Shown piece after piece: positions 1-9,572 of a stretch of 64,000 nt of DNA; positions within the stretch are counted from its first letter, which is position 1, and every line of letters starts with the position of its first letter. The stretch comes from an uncultured delta proteobacterium. GTDB taxonomy: Bacteria > Desulfobacterota > Syntrophia > Syntrophales > UBA5619. The translations under genes were made by a program, and so were the position numbers. Under the pieces are notes generated by a model. The model did not search any database. It worked only from the letters and a program-made list of their open reading frames with translations, and was not told the DNA's origin. The stretch lies in NCBI GenBank assembly GCA_963817385.1, contig CAWFOM010000015.1, positions 1 to 64,000 of the forward strand, given 5' to 3'.

Positions 1-943
1 CTCGTCGAGTTGCGGGAAGACGGCTTCAGCGGCTACGGTGAGGGCGCATCCGGCGATGCTTACAAGGCCTTCACCACCGAATCTATGCGCGCCGATCTTG
101 AAAAGGTCCGCGCCCGCATCGAAGCCGAGCGCCTCGATGATCCAGCGGCGCTATGGGATCGCATGTTGCCCGTCCTCGGACACAATCGCTTCGCTTTCTG
201 CGCGCTTGACCAAGCGGCACACGATCTTTGGGGTAAAAAACTCGGACACCCGGTTTGGAAGCTTTGGGGGTTCGAACTGCGTGATCTGCCGCCCAGCAAC
301 TACACCATCGGCATGGACACCATCGAGCGGATGCTGATGAAGATGCGCGAGTTCGACGGCTGGCCGATTTACAAGATCAAGCTCGGCACCAAAGATGATC
401 TTGCCATCGTGCGTGAACTGCGCCGCCACACCACCGCCACGTTTCGTGTTGACGCCAACTGTGCCTGGACGGCCGGACAAACGCTGGCCATCGCACCGGA
501 ATTAAAAGTGCTCGGTGTTGAATTTATGGAACAGCCGCTAGCAGCCCAGTGATTGGGAAGGGATGCGCCGGGTCTTTGCGAAGTGCGCGTTGCCGGTGAT
601 TGCCGATGAAAGTTGTTTGGTGGAGGGAGATGTGCCGCGTTGCGCCGGTCACTTCCACGGTATCAACATCAAGCTCACCAAAGCGGGCGGCCTCACACCC
701 GCGCGCCGCATGATCCGCCGGGCGCGTGAACTCGGCTTGAAGGTGATGGTCGGCTGCATGGCCGAGTCCACCGTGGGCATCAGCGCTATCGCCCAGCTAC
801 TGCCGCTGCTTGACTACGTGGACATGGACGGCGCCACTTTGATCGCAAAGGACGTCGCCAGCGGCGTGCGGGTGGAAAAAGGCAGGGCGGTGTTTCCATC
901 GGAGAATGGGAATGGAGTGCGACTCCTGGAAGAAGCTGGCTGA
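1..943 (+). pseudogene. Dipeptide epimerase (L-Ala-D/L-Glu epimerase, enolase superfamily); 5' end outside the window, +1 frameshift near 547
   Basis: KIK, RVDAN, EQP, ADES, NIKLTK and DMDG motifs are split over ORFs 10-552 and 563-943. Removing one C from gcagcccagt gives [14 protein letters not shown]. Confidence 0.85.
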
Positions 944-1065
944 GTGAAGAGACCGGTGGCGCGCGAGGAGAATCCTCCAACCACTTTGTGAAAGGATTGC
1001 GGCAACCCGATGCACTTGAATTGCGACATGCGAATCCTGTCACTGCTTCTGGAGCTTCAGCGTTG

Positions 1066-1226
1066 GCACTGGTCATCGCGCTGCCGTGGCGCTGCTTCCA
1101 CTCCCTCGGGCTGCCGAGCTTGGCAGGTTGACTGAGAACACTTAATCCACCGAACCGCCGTATACGTGATCCGTATGTACGGTGGTGTGGGAGGAGGGGA
1201 GCCGCGAGGCTCCTCCCTATCCCGAT
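1066..1226 (+). mobile_element. 3' remnant of a class IIC group II intron (IEP C-terminus plus domains V and VI)
   Basis: ALVIALPWRCFHSLGLPSLAG* (1066-1131) resembles IIC maturase ends. DV GAACCGCCGTATACG...CGTATGTACGGTGGTGT has a CGC triad (1152-1188). DVI hairpin ends CTATCCCGAT at 1226. Confidence 0.9.
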
Positions 1227-1252
1227 TATATCTCCAAGGAGATCGGGACACC

Positions 1253-1747
1253 ATGAATATTCGTGAAGCCATTCGGGAAGACTTTGAGCAGATTTGGCCG
1301 ATTTTCCATGAGATCGCCGCAGCCGGAGAAACTTATTCATACCCGCGAGACATCACCAAGGAGCAGGCGCTAAGTATTTGGATAGATACCCCCAAAAGAA
1401 CTTATGTGGTGGAAGAGGACGGGCAAGTCTTGGGCACTTACTACATTAAAACGAACCAGTCAGGCCCAGGCGACCACGTCTGCAATTGCGGCTATATGGT
1501 TTCCTCGGCTGCTAGAGGACGCGGCCTAGCCACCCGAATGTGCGAGCACTCGCAAGTCATAGCGAGGGAGCTCGGCTATAAGGCCATGCAGTTCAATTTC
1601 GTAGCATCCAGTAATGAAGGCGCCGTAAGGCTCTGGAATAAACTTGGCTTTGCTACAGTCGGGCGCTTGCCAAAGGCTTTTCACCACCCATCCAAGGGCT
1701 ACGTCGATGCCTTGGTCATGTACAAATGGTTAGAAACAATCGAATAA
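1253..1747 (+). CDS. GNAT family N-acetyltransferase
   Basis: ARGRGLA acetyl-CoA motif, FNFVASSNEGAVRLW; AAGGAG RBS upstream of the ATG at 1253. Confidence 0.92.
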   Translation: MNIREAIREDFEQIWPIFHEIAAAGETYSYPRDITKEQALSIWIDTPKRTYVVEEDGQVLGTYYIKTNQSGPGDHVCNCGYMVSSAARGRGLATRMCEHSQVIARELGYKAMQFNFVASSNEGAVRLWNKLGFATVGRLPKAFHHPSKGYVDALVMYKWLETIE

Positions 1748-1793
1748 GACTTAGCAGCGGACCGGCAGGTCCGTCTGCAAGTCATGGTTGAAC
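1739..1793 (+). other. attC-like recombination site overlapping the GNAT stop codon
   Basis: ATCGAAT-5 nt-TTAGCAGCGGAC...GTCCGTCTGCAA-6 nt-GTTGAAC (fits GTTRRRY). Imperfect palindrome with unpaired bases; R'' box degenerate. Confidence 0.5.
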
Positions 1794-1928
1794 TGAGCCG
1801 TTTCCTGCCGAGGGTATTTGGGATTTGCTTTTGTGTTTTTTCTGCTGGGGAAGCGCCATTCAGTCTTGGCTGACGGCTGATTGGAGGAAGCGGGAGGTAA
1901 CGGAGGTAAATGCAAGCGATCCGAGGAG

Positions 1929-2006
1929 TGCTGCCAATGCGTTCCAGCCGACGCCTCTGTCGCCGCTTCGCACCGCCAGCGTTGCGGCTGAACGCTGGTG
2001 TTCCTC
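1929..2006 (+). other. Degenerate attC-like site
   Basis: GCGTTCCAGCCG (1939-1950) pairs with CGGCTGAACGC (1985-1995) leaving one extrahelical base; GTT follows at 2000. Confidence 0.55.
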
Positions 2007-2226
2007 TCTTTCGATCCGTAATGCTCAGTTTAAATAACTCGGAACTATTCACCCTTTGTAGGTGGAGGCAGCGACCGGATAATGTTATTTTTTCTTTGAT
2101 CTTTCCTACATATTACGGAAGGAAAGGTCTTGACACCCCTGACGGCATTCTGAGCCATCATCTCCCTGACATTCGCCCCAATCCCTCCACAACACGTTGT
2201 GGAAATCTCACAGCGGTCGCGCCCTG

Positions 2227-2255
2227 TTGACATCGCCTGACGCTTCCCCTATACT
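2227..2255 (+). promoter_or_regulatory. sigma70 promoter of glcD-glcF
   Basis: TTGACA-17 nt-TATACT. Confidence 0.75.
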
Positions 2256-2337
2256 GCCCCCGAAAATACGGGCCGTTGTGCAGAGGCCCCGGCCGATATC
2301 CCCCCGGGAAACGGGGAACGACAACGAGGAGATCCGG

Positions 2338-3726
2338 ATGATTACCGAAGAGATCAAAAAAGAGATTCGTGCGATTGTGGGGCCGGAAAACGTCCTCGAT
2401 TCCGACCTCGACCGTTTCGGCTATTCCTACGACTCCTCCTTCGTACCCCTCCTGCCGATGAACATGCCCGACCTGGTCGTCCGGCCGCTGACGACCGACG
2501 AGGTGTCGATGCTGATGGCCGTCGCGAACGAACACGAGATTCCCGTCACGCCGCGGGGGGCGGCGAGCGGCCGCACCGGCGGCAGCATCCCCGTCAACGG
2601 CGGGATCTCGCTGTGCCTCGACCGCATGACGCGGATCGTCGAGCTCGACGAGAGAAACATGATGGTAACGGTGGAGGCGGGGGTTCGGACGATCGACCTC
2701 TATAACCACTGCGCCGCCCGGGGACTCTTCTATCCGCCCGACCCGGCGAGCTGGAAGTTCTCGACCATCGGCGGCAACGTCGCGGAGAACGCCGGCGGCA
2801 TGCGGGCCGTCAAGTACGGCGTCACGACCAACTATGTCATGGGACTCGATGTGGTCCTGGCCGACGGGACGATCCTGAAGACCGGCGGAAAGGCGATCAA
2901 GAACGTTACCGGCTATGACTTCAAGAGCCTCTTCACCGGCTCCGAGGGGACCCTCGGCATTATCACAAGAGTGCTGCTCAGGCTCATCCCCATGCCGAAG
3001 AGGCGCGGTACGCTGCAGGTGATGTTCCGCTCCCTCGACGACGGCTGCGCGACGATCCACACGATGCTCCAGGCGAACATCGTACCGGCGGCCGCCGAGA
3101 TCATGGATAGGGTCTGCCTCGACGCGGTGGTGCGCTACCAAAAGACCCAGATCGACCCGGCGGTCGAGGCCTGTATCGTCATCGAAATCGACGGCGACAG
3201 CGACGAGGCCCTCACCATGCAGGCGAAGCGGATCGAGGAGGTGGCTAATCAGTGCGGCGCGATCGGGTTTCGCGTCGCCCAGTCGCAGCAGGAGTCCGAC
3301 GAGCTCTGGGCCGTCCGGAGGGGACTCAGCTCCGCCGTGGCAGCCCTCGCGCCCAACCGGCTCGGTGAGGATATCTCGGTCCCCCGCGATGCCTTCCCCG
3401 AGATGGTGCGCCGCATCCGGTCCATCTCCGAAGCATACCGGCTTCCTATCGCCGTCTACGGCCATGCCGGCGATGGCAACCTTCATCCGTCGGTCCTCTG
3501 CGACCTGAGCGATCCCGAAGAGGCCGCGCGGGTGCACCGGGCGATCGATGAGATTTTTGAGGCCGCGCTCGCCGTCGGCGGGACGCTTTCCGGCGAGCAC
3601 GGAATCGGCATCACCAAACGGCCGTACATTGTCCAGGCGCTGGGGGAAGCCGGTGTGAGCGCGATGAAAGCCGTAAAACAGGCGCTCGACCCGAAGGGGA
3701 TTTTGAACCCCGGGAAGATCTGGTGA
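2338..3726 (+). CDS. glcD: FAD-linked oxidase (glycolate/D-lactate dehydrogenase subunit, GlcD-like)
   Basis: PRGAASGRTGG, YPPDPAS, STIGGNVAENAGG, GSEGTLG, GHAGDGNLH, GEHGIG, LNPGKI; GAGGAG RBS. Confidence 0.9.
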   Translation: MITEEIKKEIRAIVGPENVLDSDLDRFGYSYDSSFVPLLPMNMPDLVVRPLTTDEVSMLMAVANEHEIPVTPRGAASGRTGGSIPVNGGISLCLDRMTRIVELDERNMMVTVEAGVRTIDLYNHCAARGLFYPPDPASWKFSTIGGNVAENAGGMRAVKYGVTTNYVMGLDVVLADGTILKTGGKAIKNVTGYDFKSLFTGSEGTLGIITRVLLRLIPMPKRRGTLQVMFRSLDDGCATIHTMLQANIVPAAAEIMDRVCLDAVVRYQKTQIDPAVEACIVIEIDGDSDEALTMQAKRIEEVANQCGAIGFRVAQSQQESDELWAVRRGLSSAVAALAPNRLGEDISVPRDAFPEMVRRIRSISEAYRLPIAVYGHAGDGNLHPSVLCDLSDPEEAARVHRAIDEIFEAALAVGGTLSGEHGIGITKRPYIVQALGEAGVSAMKAVKQALDPKGILNPGKIW

Positions 3727-3851
3727 CACGGCTTCGGAAAACATCCATATGCTGCGTTGCGCTGAATCCCTCGTCGCTGCGGCGTACACCAAAGTACGCC
3801 TCACTCCTCGAAATTCGCACGCCTTGCCTCTGGATGTTTTCCGAAGCCGTG
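3727..3851. repeat. About 125-bp palindromic intergenic element, family A copy 1
   Basis: Perfect 21-bp terminal IR CACGGCTTCGGAAAACATCCA; inner hairpin GGCGTAC/GTACGCC; core shared with 51072-51195. Confidence 0.85.
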
Positions 3852-3895
3852 CTCCCTCCCCCTCAGCGGGGTGGTGAGGTGGGGATTAGAGAGGA

Positions 3896-5149
3896 ATGAG
3901 GGATTTCGAGGAAATGAGCTCCGTGAATAGGGGTATCGACAGCGGATTGCTGAAAAATGCGAAGGAGATCGTCAGCCGGTGCGACCGCTGCGGCGCCTGC
4001 CTGCCGGTCTGTCCGCTCTTCGGGGCGAGGGACATCGAAGCATCGAGCGCGCGGGGGAAAAACGTAATCGTCCGCGCCCTCGCCGAGGGCGGCATCGAGC
4101 CCAGGCCGGATGTCCTTGCGGCGGTCGACTTCTGCCTGCTCTGCCGGGCCTGCGTGGAGAACTGCCCGAGCAAGGTGAAGACCGACGAGGCGATGATCGA
4201 CGTCCGCCAGTACCTCATGGACCGGACCGGCGGGCTGAACCTGAAATACCGCGCTGTGGGCGGCCTTCTGAAGAGCCGCGGCCTGGTGAAGCTGGCGGCG
4301 GGCACGCTCGCGCTTATCAGGACACTGGGGCTCAGCAAAGTATTTCCCCACGGCATGGCGCCGGAAGAGTACACCCGGGCCCATTTCCTTGCGACCTTCG
4401 CCGGGCCGGCCGCGCTCGGACAGCCTGTGCCGCCCTCCGGCGTCGCGGTCACGGCGGAAACGAAGGTGGCCTATTTCCACGGCTGCGGCATGCGGATGAT
4501 GTTTCCCGCGGCGGCGGCCGGGACGATCGATATCCTCGGGAGAACGACCCGGGTCATCCGGAAGGACAACGTCTGCTGCGGTCTTCCCCATCTCGCCCAC
4601 GGCCTGCGCAAGGAGTTTCTGTCGCTCGCCCGCAGGAACATCCGGCTCTACGAGGACGCCGATCTCATCGTGACCGACTGCGCGAGCTGCGGCGGAATGC
4701 TCAAGCACACCGCCACCTGGTTTGCCGGCGACCCTCAGTGGAAGGAGCGCGCGGAGGCCTTCAGCGGCAAGGTGATGGACCTGACGGAGTACCTCGTGAA
4801 GGTCGGCTATGCGCCGCGCCGGAGGGTGGATGCGGCGCTCACCTACCACGACCCCTGCCATCTCGTGCGGGGCCAGGGTATCCGGCGTGAACCGCGCGAT
4901 CTCCTGAAGGCGACCGGCCGATTCGTCGAGATGGATGAGGCCGACGTGTGCTGCGGCGGGGCCGGGTCATTCCATATCGATTATCCCGGCATCGCGGCGA
5001 AGATCCTCGCGAAGAAGCGGGCGAACATCGAGCGGACCGGCGCGGCGGTCGTGGTGACCGGCTGCCCCGGATGCCTGATCCAGTTGACAAAGGCGGCCGC
5101 GGCCGGCGGGGGTAAATTCAAGGCCATGCACATCAGCGAAGTGATCTAA
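3896..5149 (+). CDS. glcF: Fe-S oxidoreductase, GlcF-like (two 4Fe-4S motifs plus CCG domains)
   Basis: CDRCGACLPVCP, CLLCRACVENCP, two CCG motifs, YHDPCHL. Confidence 0.9.
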   Translation: MRDFEEMSSVNRGIDSGLLKNAKEIVSRCDRCGACLPVCPLFGARDIEASSARGKNVIVRALAEGGIEPRPDVLAAVDFCLLCRACVENCPSKVKTDEAMIDVRQYLMDRTGGLNLKYRAVGGLLKSRGLVKLAAGTLALIRTLGLSKVFPHGMAPEEYTRAHFLATFAGPAALGQPVPPSGVAVTAETKVAYFHGCGMRMMFPAAAAGTIDILGRTTRVIRKDNVCCGLPHLAHGLRKEFLSLARRNIRLYEDADLIVTDCASCGGMLKHTATWFAGDPQWKERAEAFSGKVMDLTEYLVKVGYAPRRRVDAALTYHDPCHLVRGQGIRREPRDLLKATGRFVEMDEADVCCGGAGSFHIDYPGIAAKILAKKRANIERTGAAVVVTGCPGCLIQLTKAAAAGGGKFKAMHISEVI

Positions 5150-5268
5150 CGAGGAAACTTTTATCGCGGGCGAGCCATTTCTGTCTTATTTTTATATGTT
5201 TTGTCGCCGGAGTAATAAGCTGGGAGAGGATAGTACGTGGAGCTTTCTGCCTAGGCTGAAGATTTGAT

Positions 5269-5313
5269 AAAAAAGCGGCCGATCGGGAGGCGAGTTCCTC
5301 CCGAATCGGCCGC
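5269..5313 (-). terminator. Rho-independent terminator downstream of degP
   Basis: GCGGCCGATCGGGAGG/CCTCCCGAATCGGCCGC stem with an A6 tract (U tract on the - strand). Confidence 0.75.
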
Positions 5314-5321
5314 GGATGATG

Positions 5322-6776
5322 TTACCGGGGAGTCACGGCGGCAAAGAGGCTGTTCTGACCCCTCTGGATGAGAAACAGAAGACTCTCCTGCCCCTTCGCC
5401 TTTTCCACCTTCTGGATGAAATCGTTGACGCCGGTAACGGGTTTCCGGTTGACCTCCCGGATCACGTCACCCGTCCGGAGCCTGGCTTCCTCCGCTGCGC
5501 TTCCGGGCTCCACGCCGGTTACGACCACCCCTTTGGTTACTTTCACCCCAAGCTCCCGGGCGATCTGCGGCGTGAGATCCTGCACCGTAATCCCCAGGGT
5601 TTTATGGGCGGGAGTCTTCGTTGCGTCCGTCGCAGCGTCCCCCTCCATTTCCCCCACCTTTGCCTGGAGGGCGACCTCTTTCCCGTCCCGCAAGACCTTT
5701 ACCGTGACGCTCTTTTCCACCGGCGTCGAGGCGACGATCCGGGGCAGCTCCTTGGAGTCGGCAACCGATTTGCCGTCGAACTCCACGATCACGTCCCCCT
5801 GTTCGATACCCGCCTTTTCGGCGGGACCTCCCGGAACCACCTGGGCGACCAGGGCCCCTTTCTTCTCCTTGAGGCCGAATGACTTCGCCAGCTCCGGGGT
5901 CACATCCTGGATGTTGACGCCCAGAAGCCCGCGGGTCACATGCCCCTTCTTCTGGAGCTGGGGGGCGATCTCCTTGGCCATGTTGATCGGGATCGCAAAT
6001 CCGATCCCCTGGCCCGAAGCGATGATGGCCGTGTTGATACCCACAACCTCCCCCTTCAGGTTGATCAGGGGGCCGCCGCTGTTTCCCGGATTGATGGAGG
6101 CGTCGGTCTGGATGAAGTTGTCATAGGGGCCGGAGCCGATCACCCGTCCCTTGGCGCTGACGATCCCCGCGGTCACCGTCTGTTCCAGTCCGAAGGGGCT
6201 GCCCACGGCCACCACCCAGTTGCCCACCTTCAGATCGTCCGAATTGCCGAGGGCAAGCGGCTGGAGATCCGATCCCCCGTCGACCTTGATGAGGGCCAGG
6301 TCGGTCTTGGGGTCCCGGCCCACGATCTTGCCCTCGAGCTCTTTTCCTCCGGCGAGCTTCACCTTGATCTGGTCCGCGTCTTCGACCACGTGGTTGTTGG
6401 TCAGGATGTAACCCTCCTTGCTCATGACAAACCCGGAGCCGACTCCCTGCTGTTTCCTCATGTTCGGGTGTCCCTCGAAAGGGCCGAAGAAGTCCCCGAA
6501 GGGATTCCCGTCTCCAAAGGGGTTCCCCGGGAAGTTGCGAAATGCGGCATTGTTGATTTTCTTGGTGACCTGGATGTTGACCACCCCGGCGCGTACCTTC
6601 TCGGCGAGTTCGCTGAAGTTGGCCGGTATCATCTGCGTGCCGGAGATCGGCGAATCCGGCGCAACGGCCGGCGCCGCCGCTTTCTGCGCCGCGGACATTC
6701 CATAACCGGCGCCGATGACGAGCCCCGTCAGGGCGAGGCCGATGAGAATGGTTCTGATAAGATGTTTCGACTTCAT
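5322..6776 (-). CDS. degP: DegP/DegQ (HtrA) periplasmic serine protease with two PDZ domains
   Basis: TNNHV, DLAL, IQTDASINPGNSGGPL; N-terminal signal/TM segment. Confidence 0.95.
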   Translation of the reverse strand: MKSKHLIRTILIGLALTGLVIGAGYGMSAAQKAAAPAVAPDSPISGTQMIPANFSELAEKVRAGVVNIQVTKKINNAAFRNFPGNPFGDGNPFGDFFGPFEGHPNMRKQQGVGSGFVMSKEGYILTNNHVVEDADQIKVKLAGGKELEGKIVGRDPKTDLALIKVDGGSDLQPLALGNSDDLKVGNWVVAVGSPFGLEQTVTAGIVSAKGRVIGSGPYDNFIQTDASINPGNSGGPLINLKGEVVGINTAIIASGQGIGFAIPINMAKEIAPQLQKKGHVTRGLLGVNIQDVTPELAKSFGLKEKKGALVAQVVPGGPAEKAGIEQGDVIVEFDGKSVADSKELPRIVASTPVEKSVTVKVLRDGKEVALQAKVGEMEGDAATDATKTPAHKTLGITVQDLTPQIARELGVKVTKGVVVTGVEPGSAAEEARLRTGDVIREVNRKPVTGVNDFIQKVEKAKGQESLLFLIQRGQNSLFAAVTPR

Positions 6777-6901
6777 GATCGATCCTCCTTGTGTGATTTC
6801 GGGCTGAATCCAGCCTCTCTTTTGGACCCATTATATGGCAGGAACCTTACGGGAGGATGATCGGAAGATTACCGTTTGGTCATGTTGCCCGGCAAACGGC
6901 C

Positions 6902-8278
6902 TCAGGGTGTGGAAATAAGCGGCCGCAGGTCACGGATATTTTTTACTTTTTCCAGATTCGCGATCCGGTCGATGAGGCTTTTCGTCCGCTCTTCCCCCAG
7001 GACCGGCGTCATCAGGTCCGCGCATTTTTTCTCCATCTCTTCATCCGACATGGGGTTCCCCGGCCGGCCGCGCACGAGCTCCACATGCTCCCGCAATTGC
7101 GCGCCGTCCGTGGTCGTGATCTCCACGATCCCGCCGCGCTTGATCTTGGCGGTCCTCAAGGCGGGGTCTCCGAGAAGGGTGATGCGGTCCCTGACGGCCA
7201 GCACCGCCGGGTCCTTCATCCGTTCATAGGAATGCGAGGCCTCGAAGGTCATGCCGCCGTCCAGGAGGGCGACGGCCAGGACGTGTCTCAGATCCACGTC
7301 CGGCATGTTCCGGTCGCGGACGATGAGAACGCGGTCATCGGGGACGCGGGCGGTGATGCTCCGCACGTTGGCCGCCGTCAGGCCGTGCTTTTCCCGCAGA
7401 ATCAGGAGGGCGTCGAGGGGGGCCTGGATGGGGGCGCCGACCGAAAACTTCTTGATGTCTGTCAGCAGAATCTCATATCTGCATCCCAGATCTTCCACGA
7501 GGAGCGCCGGGTCGGCGGCGGGGGCAAAGGATTCGAAGTAGTTGTGCTCGCCGCTGAACGCATCCGCTACCCCGGTAAACCCCGACTGGACGAGGATTGC
7601 CGAAGTCACGCCGTTCCGGGCGCCCATCCCGGCGAAGACGAACGCCTTCTCCACGTGGTCCGTATCGCGCACCCAGTAGTACTTGCCGGAATCCTGCTGC
7701 GCCGTGTAATCCCACACGTATCGAACCCGGTCTTTCGCGAGCCCCAACACGGAGGCCGCGGCCGCGGCCGCTCCGAAGTTGCTGCCGATGCCGTGCAGGG
7801 AGAGGGCGCGCTTGCGGACATTCTCGACCCCGAGGGCCTGGGTGACGCGGCAGCCGACGTCATACCCGGCGACCACGCCTTTGAGAAACCGCAATCCGTC
7901 CGCACCCTCCCGGTCCGCCACGGCCAGGGCGGCCGGCACGATGGCGCAGCCGGGATGCATGCCCGCCCGCTCGTGCGAATCGTCGGTCTCATCGGAATGG
8001 GCCATGATCGCCATGGCAAAGGCCGCATTGATCGCCGTGGTGACGACCGAAGATCCGGCGACCTGGGCCTCCGGAGCGCCTCCCTGCTGCCCGGCAAACG
8101 CTTTCGCGAGCCGGCCCGGTTTGAGGTTGGAGCCGCAAATGATCGCTCCCAGGGTGTCCAGGATATGGTGCTTGGCTTTTTTGATCACCGCGTCGGGCAA
8201 TTCCGCTTCGCCGCTGGCGGCGATATACGAGCTCAGCGCCTCGATGATCTCCCCGCCGGTTTTCTTCTCCTCGTTCAT
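6902..8278 (-). CDS. MmgE/PrpD family protein
   Basis: HILDTLG, HSDETDDSH, MHPG, GYDVG, RGRPGNPMSDEE..KK. Confidence 0.9.
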   Translation of the reverse strand: MNEEKKTGGEIIEALSSYIAASGEAELPDAVIKKAKHHILDTLGAIICGSNLKPGRLAKAFAGQQGGAPEAQVAGSSVVTTAINAAFAMAIMAHSDETDDSHERAGMHPGCAIVPAALAVADREGADGLRFLKGVVAGYDVGCRVTQALGVENVRKRALSLHGIGSNFGAAAAAASVLGLAKDRVRYVWDYTAQQDSGKYYWVRDTDHVEKAFVFAGMGARNGVTSAILVQSGFTGVADAFSGEHNYFESFAPAADPALLVEDLGCRYEILLTDIKKFSVGAPIQAPLDALLILREKHGLTAANVRSITARVPDDRVLIVRDRNMPDVDLRHVLAVALLDGGMTFEASHSYERMKDPAVLAVRDRITLLGDPALRTAKIKRGGIVEITTTDGAQLREHVELVRGRPGNPMSDEEMEKKCADLMTPVLGEERTKSLIDRIANLEKVKNIRDLRPLISTP

Positions 8279-8474
8279 GCTGGCCTCCACACCGTTTTCC
8301 CATTTACGGGGTAATTTGAGTGATTCCCGCCATCATCTGAATGATTCCGCCGGGCGGCCGTTTCCGTTATCTATCGGCACGTTCTTCAGGTCGCTTACCT
8401 ATATCGGGAAGACGGTATTTGTCAAAAGAATTTAGGTTCATCGCGTTCATGCGGATGCATGAGCCGATAATCTG

Positions 8475-8591
8475 TTGAATCCGCCCGCGAGCGCATTCCC
8501 CGCGGCTTGCCGCGGGGTAAGCGAGCAAAAACGGGATATTTCTTCTTCTTAAGGATCGAAGATTCTCCGCAGCTTGCTGCGGGAGCTTCAA
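8475..8591. repeat. REP-like double-hairpin element, family B copy 1
   Basis: TTGAA...TTCAA ends; hairpins CCCCGCGGC-TT-GCCGCGGGG and CCGCAGC-TT-GCTGCGG; closely matches 61907-61994. Confidence 0.85.
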
Positions 8592-8756
8592 TTAATCCTT
8601 GACTGATTTTGTCCGCATGACATCGATATTTTAGAAACTGCGGATTCCGATAATATGCAGGGAAAAAATAGGTTGACTGCGGTTACTTCTCTCTATATTA
8701 GCTTCTTACGAACCAATGGAACTACAAATCGATGATTTCCGGATTGGGGGGTTGGG

Positions 8757-9572
8757 ATGGATATTGACAAGGATAAATGCGTCGGGTGCGGCAATTGCCA
8801 TGCCATCTGCACGATGGGCGTGATCAGCCTGGGGGAGGATGGTAAGTCCTTCGTCAATCAGGATGAATGCGTGGAGTGCTCCACCTGCCACCGAGTGTTG
8901 ATGAATGAGGGGTATTGGCCCGGGCTGGTTCGGGCTATTCGGAAGGTCCTTTCCTTTTTCGGCCTTGGGTATATGGCTGCGGTTGACGTCTGCCCAACGG
9001 GCGCCCTTACCCCTCCCGAGTTGAAGTGGCCCAGGTCCCTCAGGGCGGAATTCAGCGATCCCACAGTCAGCCATCCGGGAACGGGAAGAGGCGGCCGGGG
9101 GACAGCCGAGATGAAAGGCAACGATGTTTCCGGAAGAATTCGGAGAGGGGAAGCGGGCCTGGTTGTCGAAATGGGGCGGCCCGGAACGGGCGCCTATTTG
9201 CGGGATATTGAAAAAGTGGCTATGGCGTTAGCCCGGCTGCCGGTGACCTTCGAGAAGCAGAATCCCGTTACCCTTTTGATGGAAGATCTGCGCACCGGCA
9301 AGATGAAGAATGATGTCCTCAATGAAAAAGTTCTTTCCGCGATCATCGAAATGAAGGCGCGGTTGGAAGTCATCCCGGAGTTCCTCGGTGCTTTGGAGAA
9401 AGTGCAAAAAGAAGTCGATACGATCATTAGCGTGGGCGTCGCATCCAGATGCCTTGCCGATGGCACGCTTCCTCACGAAGAGTGGGTGCGTAATGCCGGT
9501 TATACGTTGTCTCCCAATGGGAAAACCAACATCGGTCTGGGCCGGCCGTTATTTATGGAGGAAGGGGCATGA
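8757..9572 (+). CDS. 4Fe-4S dicluster protein with uncharacterised C-terminal domain
   Basis: CVGCGNCHAIC and CVECSTC...(insert)...CPTGAL. Confidence 0.8.
   Translation: MDIDKDKCVGCGNCHAICTMGVISLGEDGKSFVNQDECVECSTCHRVLMNEGYWPGLVRAIRKVLSFFGLGYMAAVDVCPTGALTPPELKWPRSLRAEFSDPTVSHPGTGRGGRGTAEMKGNDVSGRIRRGEAGLVVEMGRPGTGAYLRDIEKVAMALARLPVTFEKQNPVTLLMEDLRTGKMKNDVLNEKVLSAIIEMKARLEVIPEFLGALEKVQKEVDTIISVGVASRCLADGTLPHEEWVRNAGYTLSPNGKTNIGLGRPLFMEEGA

Noticed and set aside
550..552. TGA readthrough or selenocysteine in the epimerase
   Set aside because: Homology continues in the +1 frame, not in frame after the TGA.
1166..1252. N-terminal extension of the GNAT ORF
   Set aside because: This is intron DV/DVI sequence; the RBS supports the ATG at 1253.
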